Shown here piece by piece: positions 1-14,430 of a DNA stretch of 64,000 nucleotides (position 1 is its first letter; each line of letters begins with the position of its first letter). A program made the translations under genes and the position numbers. Origin of the DNA: Lytechinus pictus (Eukaryota); NCBI RefSeq assembly GCF_037042905.1, contig NC_087246.1:26412001-26476000 (forward strand). Reading direction: 5' to 3'. Below the pieces are notes generated by a model. That model made no database searches. It had not been told where the DNA came from and saw only the letters and a list, made by a program, of their open reading frames with translations.

Positions 1-3000
1 CATTATAACCTGGGCAAAGAGACAGGTAGCAGCATACCGCATAAAAAGCAAATAAAAGACATCTGACATGCTAGTCACATACAGGAACTTGAGTAGGTGG
101 GACTAACGCTATGCAAATACTGTCAAATTGACCATGGCACAAACACGTTGCAGAGCGTCAATCCAGTCACTTATACTGCTTCCATCGTTTAGCCTGTCAA
201 CACGCGCTGCACACTAATGGAAAACGATTCCTGAAACAAGAGGGCTGAGAAAACCAAGTAAATTAGGATTCTAACTCGATGGGCATAAGCTAGGCAGCCA
301 GCCACCTGAGTGATTTGAATAAATTTGCATTAGTTTCGTCCCACTTTCCCTCCAAATTCATTTTCTCCATCAAGAACGGATTCATAATTTGACTGCTGGA
401 GCACATCTGGGCATATATCTTCAAGACCCTATCATAAATCACCAATTCTTTAATAACAAAATATCTAAGTTAATTGACACTTTTTCAGAGTCTGGAAGAA
501 GAATACTATTTGCATACTTATTGTGAGTTGAGCTTTTACCCTCTTACTTCTAAAAACCAAGAAACATGACATAGCAGTAATTATCTATCATAATCTCCCC
601 CTAAATTGCCTTTTGCCAGACAATCTAAATTTAAAATACAACAAACCATGGAGGGCAGGCACAGTGGAGTCTTTCCTGTATTACATGTATCAACAGTTAT
701 CTTTTCAAATGTCAAATCCATGGTCATTTGTGTCTTCAACCTAAATAGGCAGATAACCTCTTTCTTGTATTCATATCAGAATGAAACTTATCACAATTAG
801 GAAACACATACTATTTGGGAAAAGTTTGTGGAGGAAAGAGCACTAAGAAAATGGTTTAAAGTATTAACATTGTTATAAAGGCTATATGTTGGGAAATTAT
901 AAAAATATTAGTGAGTAAAATGGTTTGAATTACCCTGGGAAATACCTAATCATGCTGATTTGATGTCATGCATGAACTTGATGAAGATGAGCATCTTGTT
1001 ATCTTTCATGAGAAAGGGGTGCAAGGCTAGACCTGTCTGCCAAGATGCAACCTAAGGCCAGGAACAATGCAAGACAGGAAACAGCACCAGCTTTGAACTC
1101 CCTAGGTGGGTCTAAGCCCTCATCATCATTATCCTTCTCATCGTCACTGTCACCATCATCCTATGGCTGTCTGTCTGGTAATCTAGCCAAGATGGAATCA
1201 TGTTACCCCTTGTATCCCATCACAGGCCCCCTTCTAACTTCCCTTACCCCTGCAATGAGAATCAACCCCTATTTCCTGGCCTCAAGGATCTAACCCCCTT
1301 CGTCTTCTTCACCAGAGAGTAAACTCGACTCTGGAAACACAAAGCTAATCATAAGGAATTGTCTTCGGTTTAAACAAACATCGAATCATCCCAGACCCGT
1401 GAATTTCCGCCACCGCGAAATTTTGCTGATTCTCGTTTCATCGCAAGCCGTTTTGCCGACGTCATTTGTCCTTCCATATCTCCTAGAAATATGTCATCTC
1501 ATAAAGGGAAAGAAGAGAGTGGCCCTAAAGAGGATTCGCTTCGGAGTTAGTCAATGTCTGTGATCTATTGATCAAGTTTGTTGTGAAATGAAGAGGAATG
1601 AGTGTACCATTTGGGCAGGAAAGAAGGCAACAAATCAAATAATGAAATCAAAAACTCATCTTAATGAAAAGAAATGTGAAGCAGGTGTGTAGTTAATCCC
1701 CTTCCTCTTGTCTGTCAGGGCTACTTTACAATTATCATCTAACGAGAGACCGTCTATTCTCGCTCTGACCATAGAGGGAGTGTCCAAATATCACCTTTTT
1801 TGTCTCCTCCTCAAAACCTCTTCTCTTTCATTCTGTATTGATATGATTTGTATCACCAACGTCTTTTTATCTGCTTACAAGGGGTTTTACCAACAGGTTA
1901 GTTCCCCCATCAAAAGTCAAAGAATATTGTCCAATAATTCTGTATCCTTGGTTTCATGCGATTTATTACCAAGAATTCCCAGTCTACGTCTGACAGATTA
2001 TGTCTTTGAAGAGAATATTGATAACTTTGAAAAAGAAAAAGGTTAAGCTCCCTTTCATGAATTTGAGAACCATCATCACATGAAAACTATAAATAAACAT
2101 TAATAAAGTTAATGAAGTGATATGCCACCTCAATGAAACTTGTTTGTGAAATTGAATTATTGAATTCAGCATAGGCTTTTCATTAGAAATGGTTCATTAG
2201 AAATACAGAGATACACTAAAAAGGAATTTGTTGACAAGGTTTGTGAGCTTGCATGTTTGCAGTTTGTGAGGCAAAAAGATGGGTGAAAAGTGAATAATCT
2301 TATTAGTACAAGACACCACGACACAAACGGAAGAAGCAAGACTCCACTTTGCTATGGAATAATCAAGAAAATTCACTTAGCATAATCATGAAATCATACG
2401 CATTTTGCACCCAATGTTTTTTTCCCTTCCCATTGTTAAGCCATCTTTTTTATTTCCCTTGCTATCTCGTCATCTTTTCCATCATCCTGAGTGTTCCACT
2501 GATGAGATTTGAAACGAGGGGAAAGAGGGAGAAAGAGTGGAGGCTACTTCTCAACCTGAGCAATTATTCAATTAACAGAGGAGGGGCTGAGCGTATAAGA
2601 TGAATACGAGTCGCAGCGATTCGTTACTTGCTTGATTAAATCGCCTATGGGTATGCATCGCACTCATCTTCATTTCCTAGCCCGGTTCCCCCTGGGCTTT
2701 ACGTCTAATTATAATGCATAACATACTTCATGTTGTTCTTCTAGACTTAAGTTTCAAAAAAAAGAAATTCAACTTCGTTAGTAGATAATTGGAAAACTCT
2801 ACTTGGGATGTTTTTTTTCTCCTATCCCCTGCTTACGACAATCCTCCACACAAAGTTATTATATGATGAGATAATGATTTTCATAATAACTTAGCTTTTA
2901 TCTCCCTAAGTATCAGCATTGTCTCCATTCCGCGTATGATGACTTTTTAATCAAGACGAATAATGACAGGCTTAATGTTTTATTCCTTTACTAGAACTTG

Positions 3001-4391
3001 ACCTTAAACTAAAGTTCCATTATCACTCATTACCATCCCCACCATAACAACAGGCTTGACAAATGACGAATGACATAAAGGAATAATCTACTATTAGCAG
3101 GAATAGCAATGCCCTAGTAAATCACCCAGGCGAGGATTAGCATTTCTGATGTATTTAATAATGCATGTTTTCAATAAATGTGCATCTTCATTACACTACC
3201 GCTGAACCGCTTTAATGTGTCCCGTACGTTGAACCCCGCCAAAGGTAGTACAGGCATCTTCATAATTCAGATATATTTTCAAATTCTGAGCTTTTTTGGG
3301 ATTAAAGAAAATGCTTTCCGCCGTATTTCCAGGACAATTATTCATGTTATGGAAGAGAAAGTCATTACTGATCTGCTCGGGTGAAATCCAACACTTCATG
3401 GTGAAAAGTAGTTAAACATATATGTTGTTGTTATAGTTGAAAATAATAACTTTTCTAGGAAGCCTTATCCACATGAAATTTATCAAATGATCTGCACTGT
3501 AATTTCTTTGTTTTTCAACATTTCAAATCATTAAACATGGCTCTTAAATTCATTTATAGGCACTGGATTCCTTTTCACACCAGAAGTTTACAAACTTATA
3601 TTTTATTTTCATTTTGTTGATTAGATACAGGAAACTAGCAATCAGAGATTCCCGGAGATCCCCGGACAAAATAATCTTAGAAATATGTAATTCGTATGTA
3701 TTCCTTTGAGTTTTAAACTTGATACTTGGCATGACGTAGATGAGAAGAGGATGTGAACTCAATAACTAGGTGTTATATAAAAGTCATACGAGGACAGTGC
3801 ATCTCCAATGGCTATTACTTTGCCCCAATCAATAATTCAACAATTTCATTACCTGTCCTATCCCCCATGCCCATCTTACTTCTAAACCTCTTGATTAGGC
3901 AACGCAAACAAATCCTTCAAATTACCTCATCACAAACTTAACGACAAGACGCCCCGTTCCCTCTGGGATTTCAAAACAATCATAGCACCAAATATCACCT
4001 ATGGAAGAAAAAAAATATTGCAGAAATTACAATTACAAGTCCTGGTAGAGTGGTGCATCGCAACTAATTCTAATTAGATAACACCTTCTAAATGAGAGGA
4101 AGAGAGATGCCTTGATGTAATGCTAATACTGCAATGTTCAGACAAGAATCCCCTGATGTATACAGGTACTGGGATTATAAACGACAAACACAAAATTATA
4201 CAGCAAACTGGCAACACATCCATCTTCCAAACTGTATTAAGGATGATGATTTTTTTTCATTTCTACTTTTTGTTTGATTAAAAATTATTGTAATATCCAG
4301 TATCACATGTGGGATTCTGATGGTACTATTTTCCCTAGTAATTTTGATAAAGTTTAACAGAGGAAGGGTTATTTCCTACAACACCTGCTGA

Positions 4392-4548
4392 GGGGCCTGT
4401 TGCATAAAACTTTTTACCTGAGAAAACTCTGGTAAAAACTGAAAACTAAGGTTAGTCTGATTTCTGCCATTGACTTTAACACAGGGCAAAAACTCTGGTA
4501 AAAACAACCTGAGATTTCTCAGGTAAAAAGTTTTATGCAACGGGCCCC
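4392..4548. mobile_element. Short MITE (~157 bp) with long terminal inverted repeats, Harbinger-like ends
   Basis: The left end ggggcctgttgcataaaactttttacctgagaaa is the near-perfect reverse complement of the right end tttctcaggtaaaaagttttatgcaacgggcccc. The internal direct repeat aaaactctggtaaaaac occurs twice. Superfamily is inferred from the GGGGCC ends only. Confidence 0.85.
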
Positions 4549-6406
4549 AGCAGATATACTTAACAAGTTCTTATAATTAATTGGGTGGACTGCAAATTTT
4601 CATTAACAATGTTTGTTTCTACAACAAAATAGTAAAATCGTTAATATAAATTTTCCTTTGATTAGAGAGGAACAATGGATTTGCTTGTACTGCTGGATTT
4701 GAACCGATACAAGTCTTGTCTCAAACTCTGCCCCCTTCCCCTCCAACTCCCTGCTTCTCTGTCCTGGTTTGACTGGGTGACTGGGAAAGGCCTGTTAAAG
4801 TTTTTAAACAATCCTCTGAAATTCCTATAAAATCCAATATAAACTGTGATTAGGGCTAGTTGGGCAAAAGATTAGTCCCAGAAAAAAAACATACACTGCT
4901 GGCTGGGAAATCACAGCAGGTAGTGGTCAATGTCTTTGACCTTACCCTCATTTTGACATCATACCCCCTTCCCCCCAGCCTACCTTCTCCCCCTACCTCA
5001 GACCTCTAAAAAAACATGAGTGCATGCAGCGATTAATTTCACGCTTGTCACTTGCGCATCGTCCTAACACCACTTTAGTTGATTAACTGCCTCATATAAA
5101 CACAGCGTCATCATCTGCATAATTAACTTACGAATTTGAACTAGGCGACGGGTGCTTCATCAGCAGTCTTATGAGAAGGCAAAATAGTTCTCTGCATAGA
5201 TTTGCATTCCGAGCTCAATTGTGTATGAATGCATGTCAGTAGTGTCTGCGTGCAGTTAACAATATTAATCACCAATTCTCTATCAAATGCATTTTCGTAA
5301 CAATATGTTATGACTTTTTACATCATGTGAAATGGTGTGATAAATAGATAAAATATATATTTATCTAAAATGATTAGTATAACAGGCTATCCACTTGGTA
5401 AACATAAAATATTTCTTACATATTAATTGATACTCATATTATAAATATTGATAATTACCAGTATCATAAATAAATCTTATAAAGAAAATCAATCTATATG
5501 GGAGTGTACTCCAATGTACGGCGATAATACAAACTGAGAGTGTTGTTAGTGTTGTTTTTTTAATTTCCAAACTTATTAATTATCATGATTACATTAAAAC
5601 AAAACATATTATTTTGCTGCCAACTATCCACATAATTGCTGAACCTAAGTGAACAAAAAAAGATCTGAATACTTTCCATGTAATATGAACATTCTTGAAA
5701 TGGTGAGAACGGGATCGAAACTTTTCCCAGGCATTAAAGATTCCAATAAGATTAAATAGGGTAGCAAGCCATCCACCCTCGAATGGGAAGTGAACATAAT
5801 ATCAATATGGCGTACAACATGGAGCATTAATTCTAATCACATTAGACACTTTAATTCTTCCAACTTAACATACAATGTGTGTTCCATTCATCTCTGCATT
5901 AGGAATATAAACCAGGGGCTAAATAATTGTCTTGGAGATTAGCAGCTGCTACTGTCTGCTAACGAGTTCCGTCTAATTAACGCTGATGACGACTTGAATG
6001 TTGCCCTAATGTTTATTACATTTTGGTGAGAAGAAAGGGAGAGAGGTAATTGCTAAACATAATGAGGCACAAATGTTTCAATGATTGCCACGCATGCTGA
6101 ATGTAATTGGAATTTTAATAATGAATGCTTCGTTATTTAGTGAACTACATTAGCAGGGAACCTGCTATGTGTAAAAAAGGAAAAAGGAATTAAAATTAGA
6201 TTATATTCCCACAGATTACACCCTAATGACTTTACTCATTAAAACTAGCTCAGCCTGTACACATCATTCAAATCTTTTTATCGCATAAACCAATTAAAGT
6301 GCTCTATTTTGGCCCTACCTGAATCATATTCAAAGCTCTCTGTCCCATCCAAACCTCATAATCCTGGTTGAATTGATAAAACATTATATTCATTGATGTT
6401 GTTAAA

Positions 6407-6526
6407 TTATCAATTATCATTATTATCATTATTATTATCATTACCATCATCATCATCATCATCATTATCATCTTCATTATTGTTGTCATCACCATCATCA
6501 TCTTCACAGTAATTATCATTATTATT
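6407..6526. repeat. Imperfect (ATC/ATT)n trinucleotide microsatellite
   Basis: Visible tcatcatcattattatc runs; these account for the poly-Met and poly-Asp/Asn ORFs at 6304-6634. Confidence 0.95.
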
Positions 6527-7671
6527 CACACAGGTCATGAAGACTATGAGTTCAAAAAAAAAATTATAAACTATAATCCTGGTGAAAAGATCCGGTTTTA
6601 ATTCCAAGACACATACAAAAAAGCAGAATTTCAATGGCTACCCAAAAACCCTTGCCAGTACTAAGATGATACAAAGAGGATGTTTTCAATCATATACACA
6701 TAAAAAGGTTTCAGCTCACAACGTTGACTAAGATACATTGAACCTATGGATTTTCTCTCTGAATTATGAATAAAGGAGTGCGCAGAGATCAATAAATTAA
6801 TCTGAGCGGGTCCTAAGTTCATGTTACAAGCAGCACACATTTTGCGGCAGGGCAGCTGCAAGACCAGATACAAAATCTTGGGGAGATTTTGATGGATTTG
6901 ATGGATAATAGAGAGCACAACAGATCCTTCACGAAACGATATACATGGGACTACAAATTTCATGTAGAATGCTCTTCTTATTGATTTTCTACCAAGAATG
7001 AAGCAAAAACAGCCCCGATCTCAGGTAAGGTATATTTCTAAGAAAAAGAGAGAAAGGTTGATTCTAAAGGCTACCAAGATAAGAATCAAATCAAAGAGAT
7101 CGCATTATATTCTCATTTTCTTTGTTGTCACATCTATGAAGCTACCTTCATTTGAAATGGATGGTATTGAGAGAAAGAGTAAGAGACAGAGAATTAAAGA
7201 AATTCATCTCTCTTTAATTTCTTGAATTCTCAAAAGAATATCCACTCCTGTATTCCACTCTGTAATAAGTTAGGTGTTTTTCTCAATCTAATCAAGCTCA
7301 ATGATTTCATCTCAGGATTAATAAATGCTTATGAAATATTTCATTCAACCACAACCTTTGACCATCCCCCAAATGAACATTGTCTACAAGCAGGTCGTGT
7401 TACTTTATACCTAGCACAAAAAACACAATTTGCGTTGGAATAAAACGGAGGAAATCGTCCAAATCCTGTGGCCAAGAACTCCACTAATCGTGTCTCAGTC
7501 CAATATGCAATATTCTAGGTCAGGTTCACTGATGTATTAGCCTTCTACACACTCCCAGTTTCAAGATAAGAAGAGCAAGTAATCTATAATCAACAACACC
7601 AAGTCTTTGTCCACTTTGACTTCCAAACGTACAGGTAAAAGTATCACTTTGGGTGATATAAAGCAATTGAA

Positions 7672-8240
7672 GAATAAAACATCTAGGCTGAAAATATATG
7701 ATCTGAACAGATAAAGTAAAACAGACAAAAAATACACTGATAATTTCATCAAAATCAGACAAGGAATAACAAAGTTATAGCGTTTCAAATTTCTGCAATA
7801 TTTTGTTGAAACAGATCATGTCTTCACGAATATGCAATGAGTAAGCTGATGATGTCATATCCCATTTTTTCTTTTGCATTTCTTTATACATGTATGAAAT
7901 TATATTCATTCAACTTTTGTCCTCCAAATATGAAAAAAAAATGGGTTGCCTTATGATTTCACATGTAAACATAATCACTGCTACAGCTATTTATAAGGGA
8001 GACATATCATACACACGTATGAAAATATAAATTATGACTTAATGTAAAAAAAAGACAAGGAAAGGACATCATCAGCCCAGCTATTGCATATTTATGACAG
8101 CGTGGATATAACTTTTTTCACAAAATATTGCTGAATATAAAGATTCAATGACTTTGCTATTTGTTTAATTTAATGCATTTTGCTCTGTGTGTTTTACTTA
8201 CTTTATTCAGATTTAATTATTTTCAGCTGAGAAAACCCCT
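7672..8240. mobile_element. Decayed Kolobok-type MITE related to the 52641-53230 element
   Basis: Left gctgaaaatatatgatctgaacagataaagtaaaa pairs with right ttttacttactttattcagatttaattattttcagc. Shares the aatttcatcaaaatc...aaagttat and gatgtcat blocks with 52641-53230. Right end is cccct-ttag. Left boundary is approximate. Confidence 0.7.
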
Positions 8241-8272
8241 TTAGAAATGAAAAGTTGAGTTCTTATATTTAC

Positions 8273-8331
8273 CTTGTATATCTTGTTCCCACTGAAGCTA
8301 CAGAAGGAGATTACAGATGTGACAGAAAGAT
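8273..8331 (-). other. Candidate 59-nt internal exon
   Basis: Minus strand: acceptor ttttttttcttttattcag|ATC, donor AAG|gtaaat. One frame is open (LSVTSVISFCSFSGNKIYK); no homology recognised. Confidence 0.5.
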
Positions 8332-9714
8332 CTGAATAAAAGAAAAAAAAGGTAGAAGTACATAATTATCCATGCACAATGTGTGAGCATATGAAGGATT
8401 TCTACAGTAACATATGAAGTGTCAAGATCTTTGAAAGAAGTAAATAGAATATTCCAAGATTAAAATATGAGAAAGAATAGGATTTTGTTTCAAGATATGT
8501 TTCAATGAATAAATATCAATCTATTAGTCAAGATTCAATAGGGTTGTGTATAATGTATGTAGGACTATGTAATTATGTTTTTCAATACGGTAATTCATTC
8601 AATCACTTTTTTATCTCAATCGCTTTTCTCTTTGATTCTTTCATTACAACTAGGACTGTTATTCTTTCTTTCTCACGGTCAATACAAAAAAAACTTTTAG
8701 CACCAGTGATCTGTAAGAATTATTCTGACATCTTATCTGAAAGAATGGCCCCCTTCACTACCTCCACCTCAGCCTACATTCTGACAAGTATAAAAGACGA
8801 CATGAGGGACCAAAATGGATATTACGCGGACATTCCATATCTCAGATTTCACTCCCACGGGATGCTTATTAAGACCCGCTGATGCCATCACTAAGTTGGC
8901 AACACAGCTGGTATTAATTACCTAGCAGCATACTCCGTCTTTAATGTCTTCCTTCTATCAAAAGCATTTTTTTTAAATCATCACGGAAATCACATAAAAT
9001 ATCAGAAGTTCCCATTACTAACAAAACTCAAACATGTTTTTTAAATTGTTCCAGCAACTTCAACTCGAAGGAGTAATACAATCAAATCAAATAATTTCCT
9101 TTCAATGATTTAGGACTAAAAATCAAATGGGACACTATCAAGAAAAAAAACGCTAGTGATTTCTATTCATAATTGTTTAAAACTTGTGCAACCTGTAGTC
9201 CCATGTGAAGCCATGAATGTAGGCCCAAATGAATCTAAGAAGACACACAACTCAACTGCAAATGACTTACTTAACATTAATTAATCAATATGATTAATAT
9301 TTTCATCCCACAAAGAGCTTGTTTCATAACAACCAACACTTCATTGCATACCACAGAATACGTCTTACCAAACTGGACCAACCACAAACTTTACTATTAA
9401 TATTATCATCAATATTTAGCACTTTTTAATATGCAAGTATAATGAACATTTCAAAAAATGAGAAAAGTTGAAATTTAAAAATAATAAATACATGTAGGCC
9501 TACTTCATTCTTTGGTTTTAAAGAAATACACAAGGAGGTTTGGTCTCTTCAACGAAGAAACGATGATAAGATGAACAGACGATAAAGTAGGAGAGAGAGA
9601 GAATTGAAATGTGAGAGATAATCACTTTTGTGGTTTCTTGCTAAAACGAAGATTCTTTGTCTAGCTGATTTCAAATCATTTTCTGCTGCACTGCAGGCAA
9701 AACTAAATAAACCC

Positions 9715-9731
9715 TGACCTTAGCCTGACCT
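9715..9731 (-). promoter_or_regulatory. Perfect DR5 nuclear-receptor element (AGGTCA-N5-AGGTCA)
   Basis: Plus strand TGACCT tagcc TGACCT. The second half extends to TGACCTTG (NR5A/ERR-type). Motif match only. Confidence 0.45.
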
Positions 9732-10894
9732 TGGTTGAAGAAGCATGCCACAAGTCGGCTGATTTGCAACCCAAGCCAGCGCAATCAATTACAAAACTTT
9801 CTCATCTTTTGAATCTTCTCTACGGCCCGGGCCAGGAACCAGATGGATGAGAGTCATCACAAGATGGCGCAGATGACATGGAAAGGAAGGAAAGACATCC
9901 ACAGATTGGGATACTTCTCAACAAAGTGGAGAAGATGATGTGCATTACGATACCAAATACTTGATGTGAAAAATGCAATAATGTATACTTATTATCAGAT
10001 AAAAGTTAATAAATCAGTACTTTAAAAATACTAGAAAGGCACCTCATGCAGGAATGGGTTTTTTTTTGGGGGGAAAGGGTTCAGTCATGTTAGGTAGATA
10101 GAGATAAAGGTGAGGGATAGGCCTAGCTTAAATAAAATCTTAATTGTGTTTGTACTGGCATTATTATCAGCCTACTCACCCCAACAAAATTGATGATCAA
10201 GAAATTAAATAATACTAGTCCTCTTTAGTAGCAGACTAACAGCTCATTTAATTGGTAAGAAAAAAATAAAGTTTATCATAATCACAAACAGAGAAGAAAA
10301 GAGGGGTTTAATGGGAATGGTTGTTAACGAGGAGGAATGGGCTGGCTCAATGTGGAGACAATACAATCCTTAAGCACTAGTGATTAAAGTTTCAGCGAAT
10401 CTTTCCAATGGTATCTTTTGATTTACATTATTATCTCTTGATGACTGCAAGTCATAATATAGGGCATTATTGGGAGCCTACTGCACCCCTTTTGTAAGCT
10501 ACCCATTTACCTATTCAGACACGGTTCTATACAAACAGGGTCCGTGCATGATAAATTAAACCAGACAGAAATATGTGTAACTCTATGCTGACTATGAAAG
10601 GACCCGCAGATTATAGGGCCAGGGGCACCAAGTGATTAACTTTTTTTGTTTGTCTCAGAGTTCCGATGGGGGAACAAAATGAGAAAGAGAGAGACCTGAA
10701 AGAAAAGCGTAGTTATGAAAACAGGGAGGGAAAAATGGGGGAAACAAGAGAAGGAATTATAATGTATGGGAATATACGGTGGTGTGTATGGATTGTTTAT
10801 GCGTTATCTGACAAACGAGAAATGTACCAGAATCCAATCAAGAGCCGCTACCTCGCTAAATTCCTCTCTGGATTGTATAAATAATGGAGGAGCG

Positions 10895-10910
10895 TGACCC
10901 CGCCTGACCT
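10895..10910 (-). promoter_or_regulatory. Perfect DR4 nuclear-receptor element (AGGTCA-N4-GGGTCA)
   Basis: Plus strand TGACCC cgcc TGACCT, inside a GC-richer island. Motif match only. Confidence 0.45.
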
Positions 10911-12161
10911 CAAGAAGCAGGGCCAAAGATGAGGTTGATTAGCTTACACTGGTTCCTTCTTCTCTTGCTTGCTCTCTCTTGGTTGTTTCTTGATGAAGTG
11001 TGCCCCATCTGGCGATGATTAGACCCCACAGTCTTGGCAGTGACAGAGCCATTGGGGTCAGGGGCTAATTAGGCTAGGGGCCCATGGCAACCAATCTAGA
11101 CCCCACTACCTCTGGTCTAGCAGTGGCATCTCTGCTGTCTTTGAAAACTTTCCCATGCTCTGATGGTCTTATCTATGGTCAGTCACATTGATTGAAATTG
11201 TTAGGCTTGCTTTGATATTTTCCCATCATTAAAAACTAGCCATGTAGAAGGATTTTAATCTAACCAGCTTAATTGCAAAGGTAAAAATAGTATTATAAGC
11301 ATAAACAAAGTAATCATATTATTATGGCCTCTTCTCTAATTGGCGATGCATTTGTGGGAAAATGACGCTAATGATAAAACCCATTTATAAGCGCTCTTAA
11401 TTAGTTAAAAGTTGTGAACGCAGTCCTCGAGAGCTCTTAAAGCACCCCTGATATCCCAACACGAAAGTAGGAATTGAGTAATCCCTGCTATCATTAGAAT
11501 GTACAGAGCAAATAATGACGCTGAAGGCAGGCAGGCACATTTGCTTCATCAAGTTCATTACTATGAAATGCCAATTATTTCTCAAGCACAGAGATTGTTC
11601 CACTCTGGTATGTGGGCTTCTGATGAAGGCTTGATATTTATAGCTATATCACATTTAGACAGAAGGAGAAGAGACAGAGAGAAAGGGGGAGAGAGTGAGA
11701 GAGTGGAGGATGTAAAGATAGAAAAATAGGAAGGAAGAGTACAAGGAGTACTCTGTTCAGCTGTCTAAAATCATCAGATTAACTGCTCCCATTCCAAGCA
11801 TTTATATCTAATCCACACCCCACTCCAAACCCCTGATAATCCCACAACCCAAGATGTTGGTGAGCAAAGGCAAAACTTTCTTTTTGCATACGTGTCTAAT
11901 TTCATCTCTTGTCTTTTTCCATAGAAACATAAAAGCCCCTGCAAAGTGTTTTTGTGTTTGTCAACTTTATTACTTTGGAAAATGGCAGTAATTATGTGCG
12001 GCTGTGTCACTTCATAGCTGGCATACGAACCGAAAGTCCCCAGGATCAGACAACAATCAGTGGGTCCAAATCAGGACCAGTCTGACACACTGAATATTAG
12101 CTGTAACTAGACAAGTTTTTGGTCACAAAGTGAAGCTATTATTTCTCATCTTTTGACTTAC

Positions 12162-12194
12162 CTCTTCATATCTTCTCATGTCTGATGAGGAGGC
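12162..12194 (-). other. Candidate 33-nt micro-exon
   Basis: Minus strand: acceptor ttccccctctaactag|GCC, donor GAG|gtaagt (consensus). Length is a multiple of 3; frame 0 reads ASSSDMRRYEE. Confidence 0.4.
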
Positions 12195-14126
12195 CTAGTT
12201 AGAGGGGGAATTAATAACTAGTCTTTGCTCAAAGACCAGTTCACACATTCCAATTCCATTGATATGACAACTGGAATATTTTGTCAAAAGCAGAATCTAT
12301 GACTCACGTATGAATGAAAGATGTCAAATCCCACCTTTTTTGCAAATGTAAAGAGGTTGACATAATAAAAGAGATCAATAAAACATCTTTGATTCAAACA
12401 CGTAGCCTCATACCCCATGAAAAAGTTAGAAACTAATATATGTATTCAATTAATATTGAACAAATTGGTTTGTAAAATGTAACAATTTCATGATGAGTTT
12501 AACCAAATCTGGAGAGCTATGAAGAAAGGGAACACATAATATGAGTGTGAATTTTGATCATACACAATTATGAAGGGTAGGCTTCCCAATTGTGGAAAAA
12601 CGCACACACACAAAATTCTTCCAATCATCTCACTTTCGAGAAAGTAATCAGTTATGGGCGGTTAGCAAGTTACAATGAGTCAATGCAGAGTTTCACAGAG
12701 ATTACTTGGGCTCCTATATCACTACATTTAATAAGGAAAAGTTGTGGAGGGTGGGGGGTATAAAACTTTTGTTTTGAGCAAATATGTTCGCTTTTATTTC
12801 CCTTAAGTCTGTATGATCTCCACTTATGAATAGCTGGTCATGTCAGAGGGTCTGGTGATAAGAGAATAAGTAGTCTGGGTGGATTCTTATTTGGTTCCAC
12901 TTTCTTTAGTCTCTTCTTATTGAAAACCTGGTCAGTTACTGATGTTCTTGTTGACAGTGCTTTAACGGACTTGTGTCCTGCGCACCGCTTGCTGCAGTGA
13001 TCTTATCTAGCTGTAATATAGATTGAAAATCCTTTGGTCATATTAAAGGGTCTAATGATAAGAGACTATGGAGTCTGGGTAGATGGTGAGGGGCACAGCA
13101 GTGTTCCTCTGGCTGTAAACTGAATTCAATTAGACAAAGCAGGAATCACTGTCAGTGAGCAACTCATTACCTCACATAAGGACATTAAGGTCACTGATAG
13201 GCCACCAAAGATCAAGGTTTCGTTTCTCACAACACTTTCAAATCTCACACAGCCCATCTCTTTTGTCAGAAACCTCTTCATGGTAATGATTATGACAAAT
13301 ACTTGGGGAAGTTGAAGAAAGAATTGTCACAGACTCCGCTGCCTCGTCCTGACAGCTAGAGTCTAAAGAGAGACAGGGAACGCTACTGTGGGAAGCGCAC
13401 ATTTGTGGTTTGCACTTTAGATTCTAATTACAAGCAACGGGCCAAATCCACTTACTGTGCTTTCCACAGGCCCTTAACTTAAATGTCTTTGGCTTAACTA
13501 ATAATAGGTCTCCACTTCCTTCTTTTGGCTTGGCTGAATAATACACTCAAATTAACAAAAATAAAAAATAAATCATACTTACATACAATGTGTATACAAA
13601 GTGTATAAATTATGATGCACCTAATTGAAATGTTTTGTTTTATTTCCTTTCTATAGACAAGGGAATTGGTATTGGTAGTCATCCAATTTTTGCTACATAT
13701 GATCTGATGAAGTTCAAACTATAGGCCTAAAGATTGAATAAGCCATTCACAGTGCGTATCATCTGGTATAACTATAAGAATTCAATTTCCATAGATAATT
13801 TTAGAAATCAAATGAGTGGAGAAAGGAGAGCATGGTAGCCCAATTACAAGATGGGAACCACCATCCCACCAAGCAGGGTGGGAGAGTGAGAGGGGGGTCA
13901 AAGTAAGAGGTCAAGGGTGAGGTGATCTGGCAGGCTAAGATGATTGGTTGCTTTTCTTTCAATCTTGCCGCTGAGAGGTGATTAGGAGAGATTGGAAGAC
14001 ATTGGACCCATACAGAGCGGGTCTGTGGAAAGAAGATCCATCATTCAAATCAAGGCAACGGTATTAACAAACTTCATCTTCATAAACTTCTCTCCTCCAT
14101 TTTGAAATCGGGGGGATAATGGGATT

Positions 14127-14430
14127 GATGAACGACGATGATTACTGTGGTATTGGTAGTGGGGGTGGTGGAATCGGGTGATCGGTGGTGATAATGTCCG
14201 ATAATGATGATGATGATGATGATGATGATGACGATTGTGATGATAAAGGAGCTGGTGGGGCATGGGGATGGGAGGAGCAGGAAGATGATGAGGCGGTGTT
14301 AGTGATGATGATGCAAAGGTAGAGAATCAATAATATCTGATAACAATGATGGTCATGGCATAAGGTGGGGGTGTTATCGGTGGTGGTGGTGGTGAAGGTG
14401 GTATTTGTGGTGAAGGTAGTGGTAATTACT
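14127..14430. repeat. (GAT)n / (GGT)n low-complexity tract
   Basis: Pure gatgatgat run around 14200-14232 and ggtggt runs near 14380-14425; these account for the poly-His and poly-Ser ORFs. Confidence 0.9.

Noticed and set aside
2499-2515. Hammerhead-ribozyme-like core ctgatga...gaaac
   Set aside because: Only 5 nt between the boxes, so no stem II, and no stem I or III pairing.
6304-6634. Poly-Met and poly-Asp/Asn ORFs
   Set aside because: Translations of an (ATC/ATT)n microsatellite.
13003-13015. 13-nt match ttatctagctgta to the 3' part of miR-9
   Set aside because: The seed region does not match and no precursor hairpin is visible.
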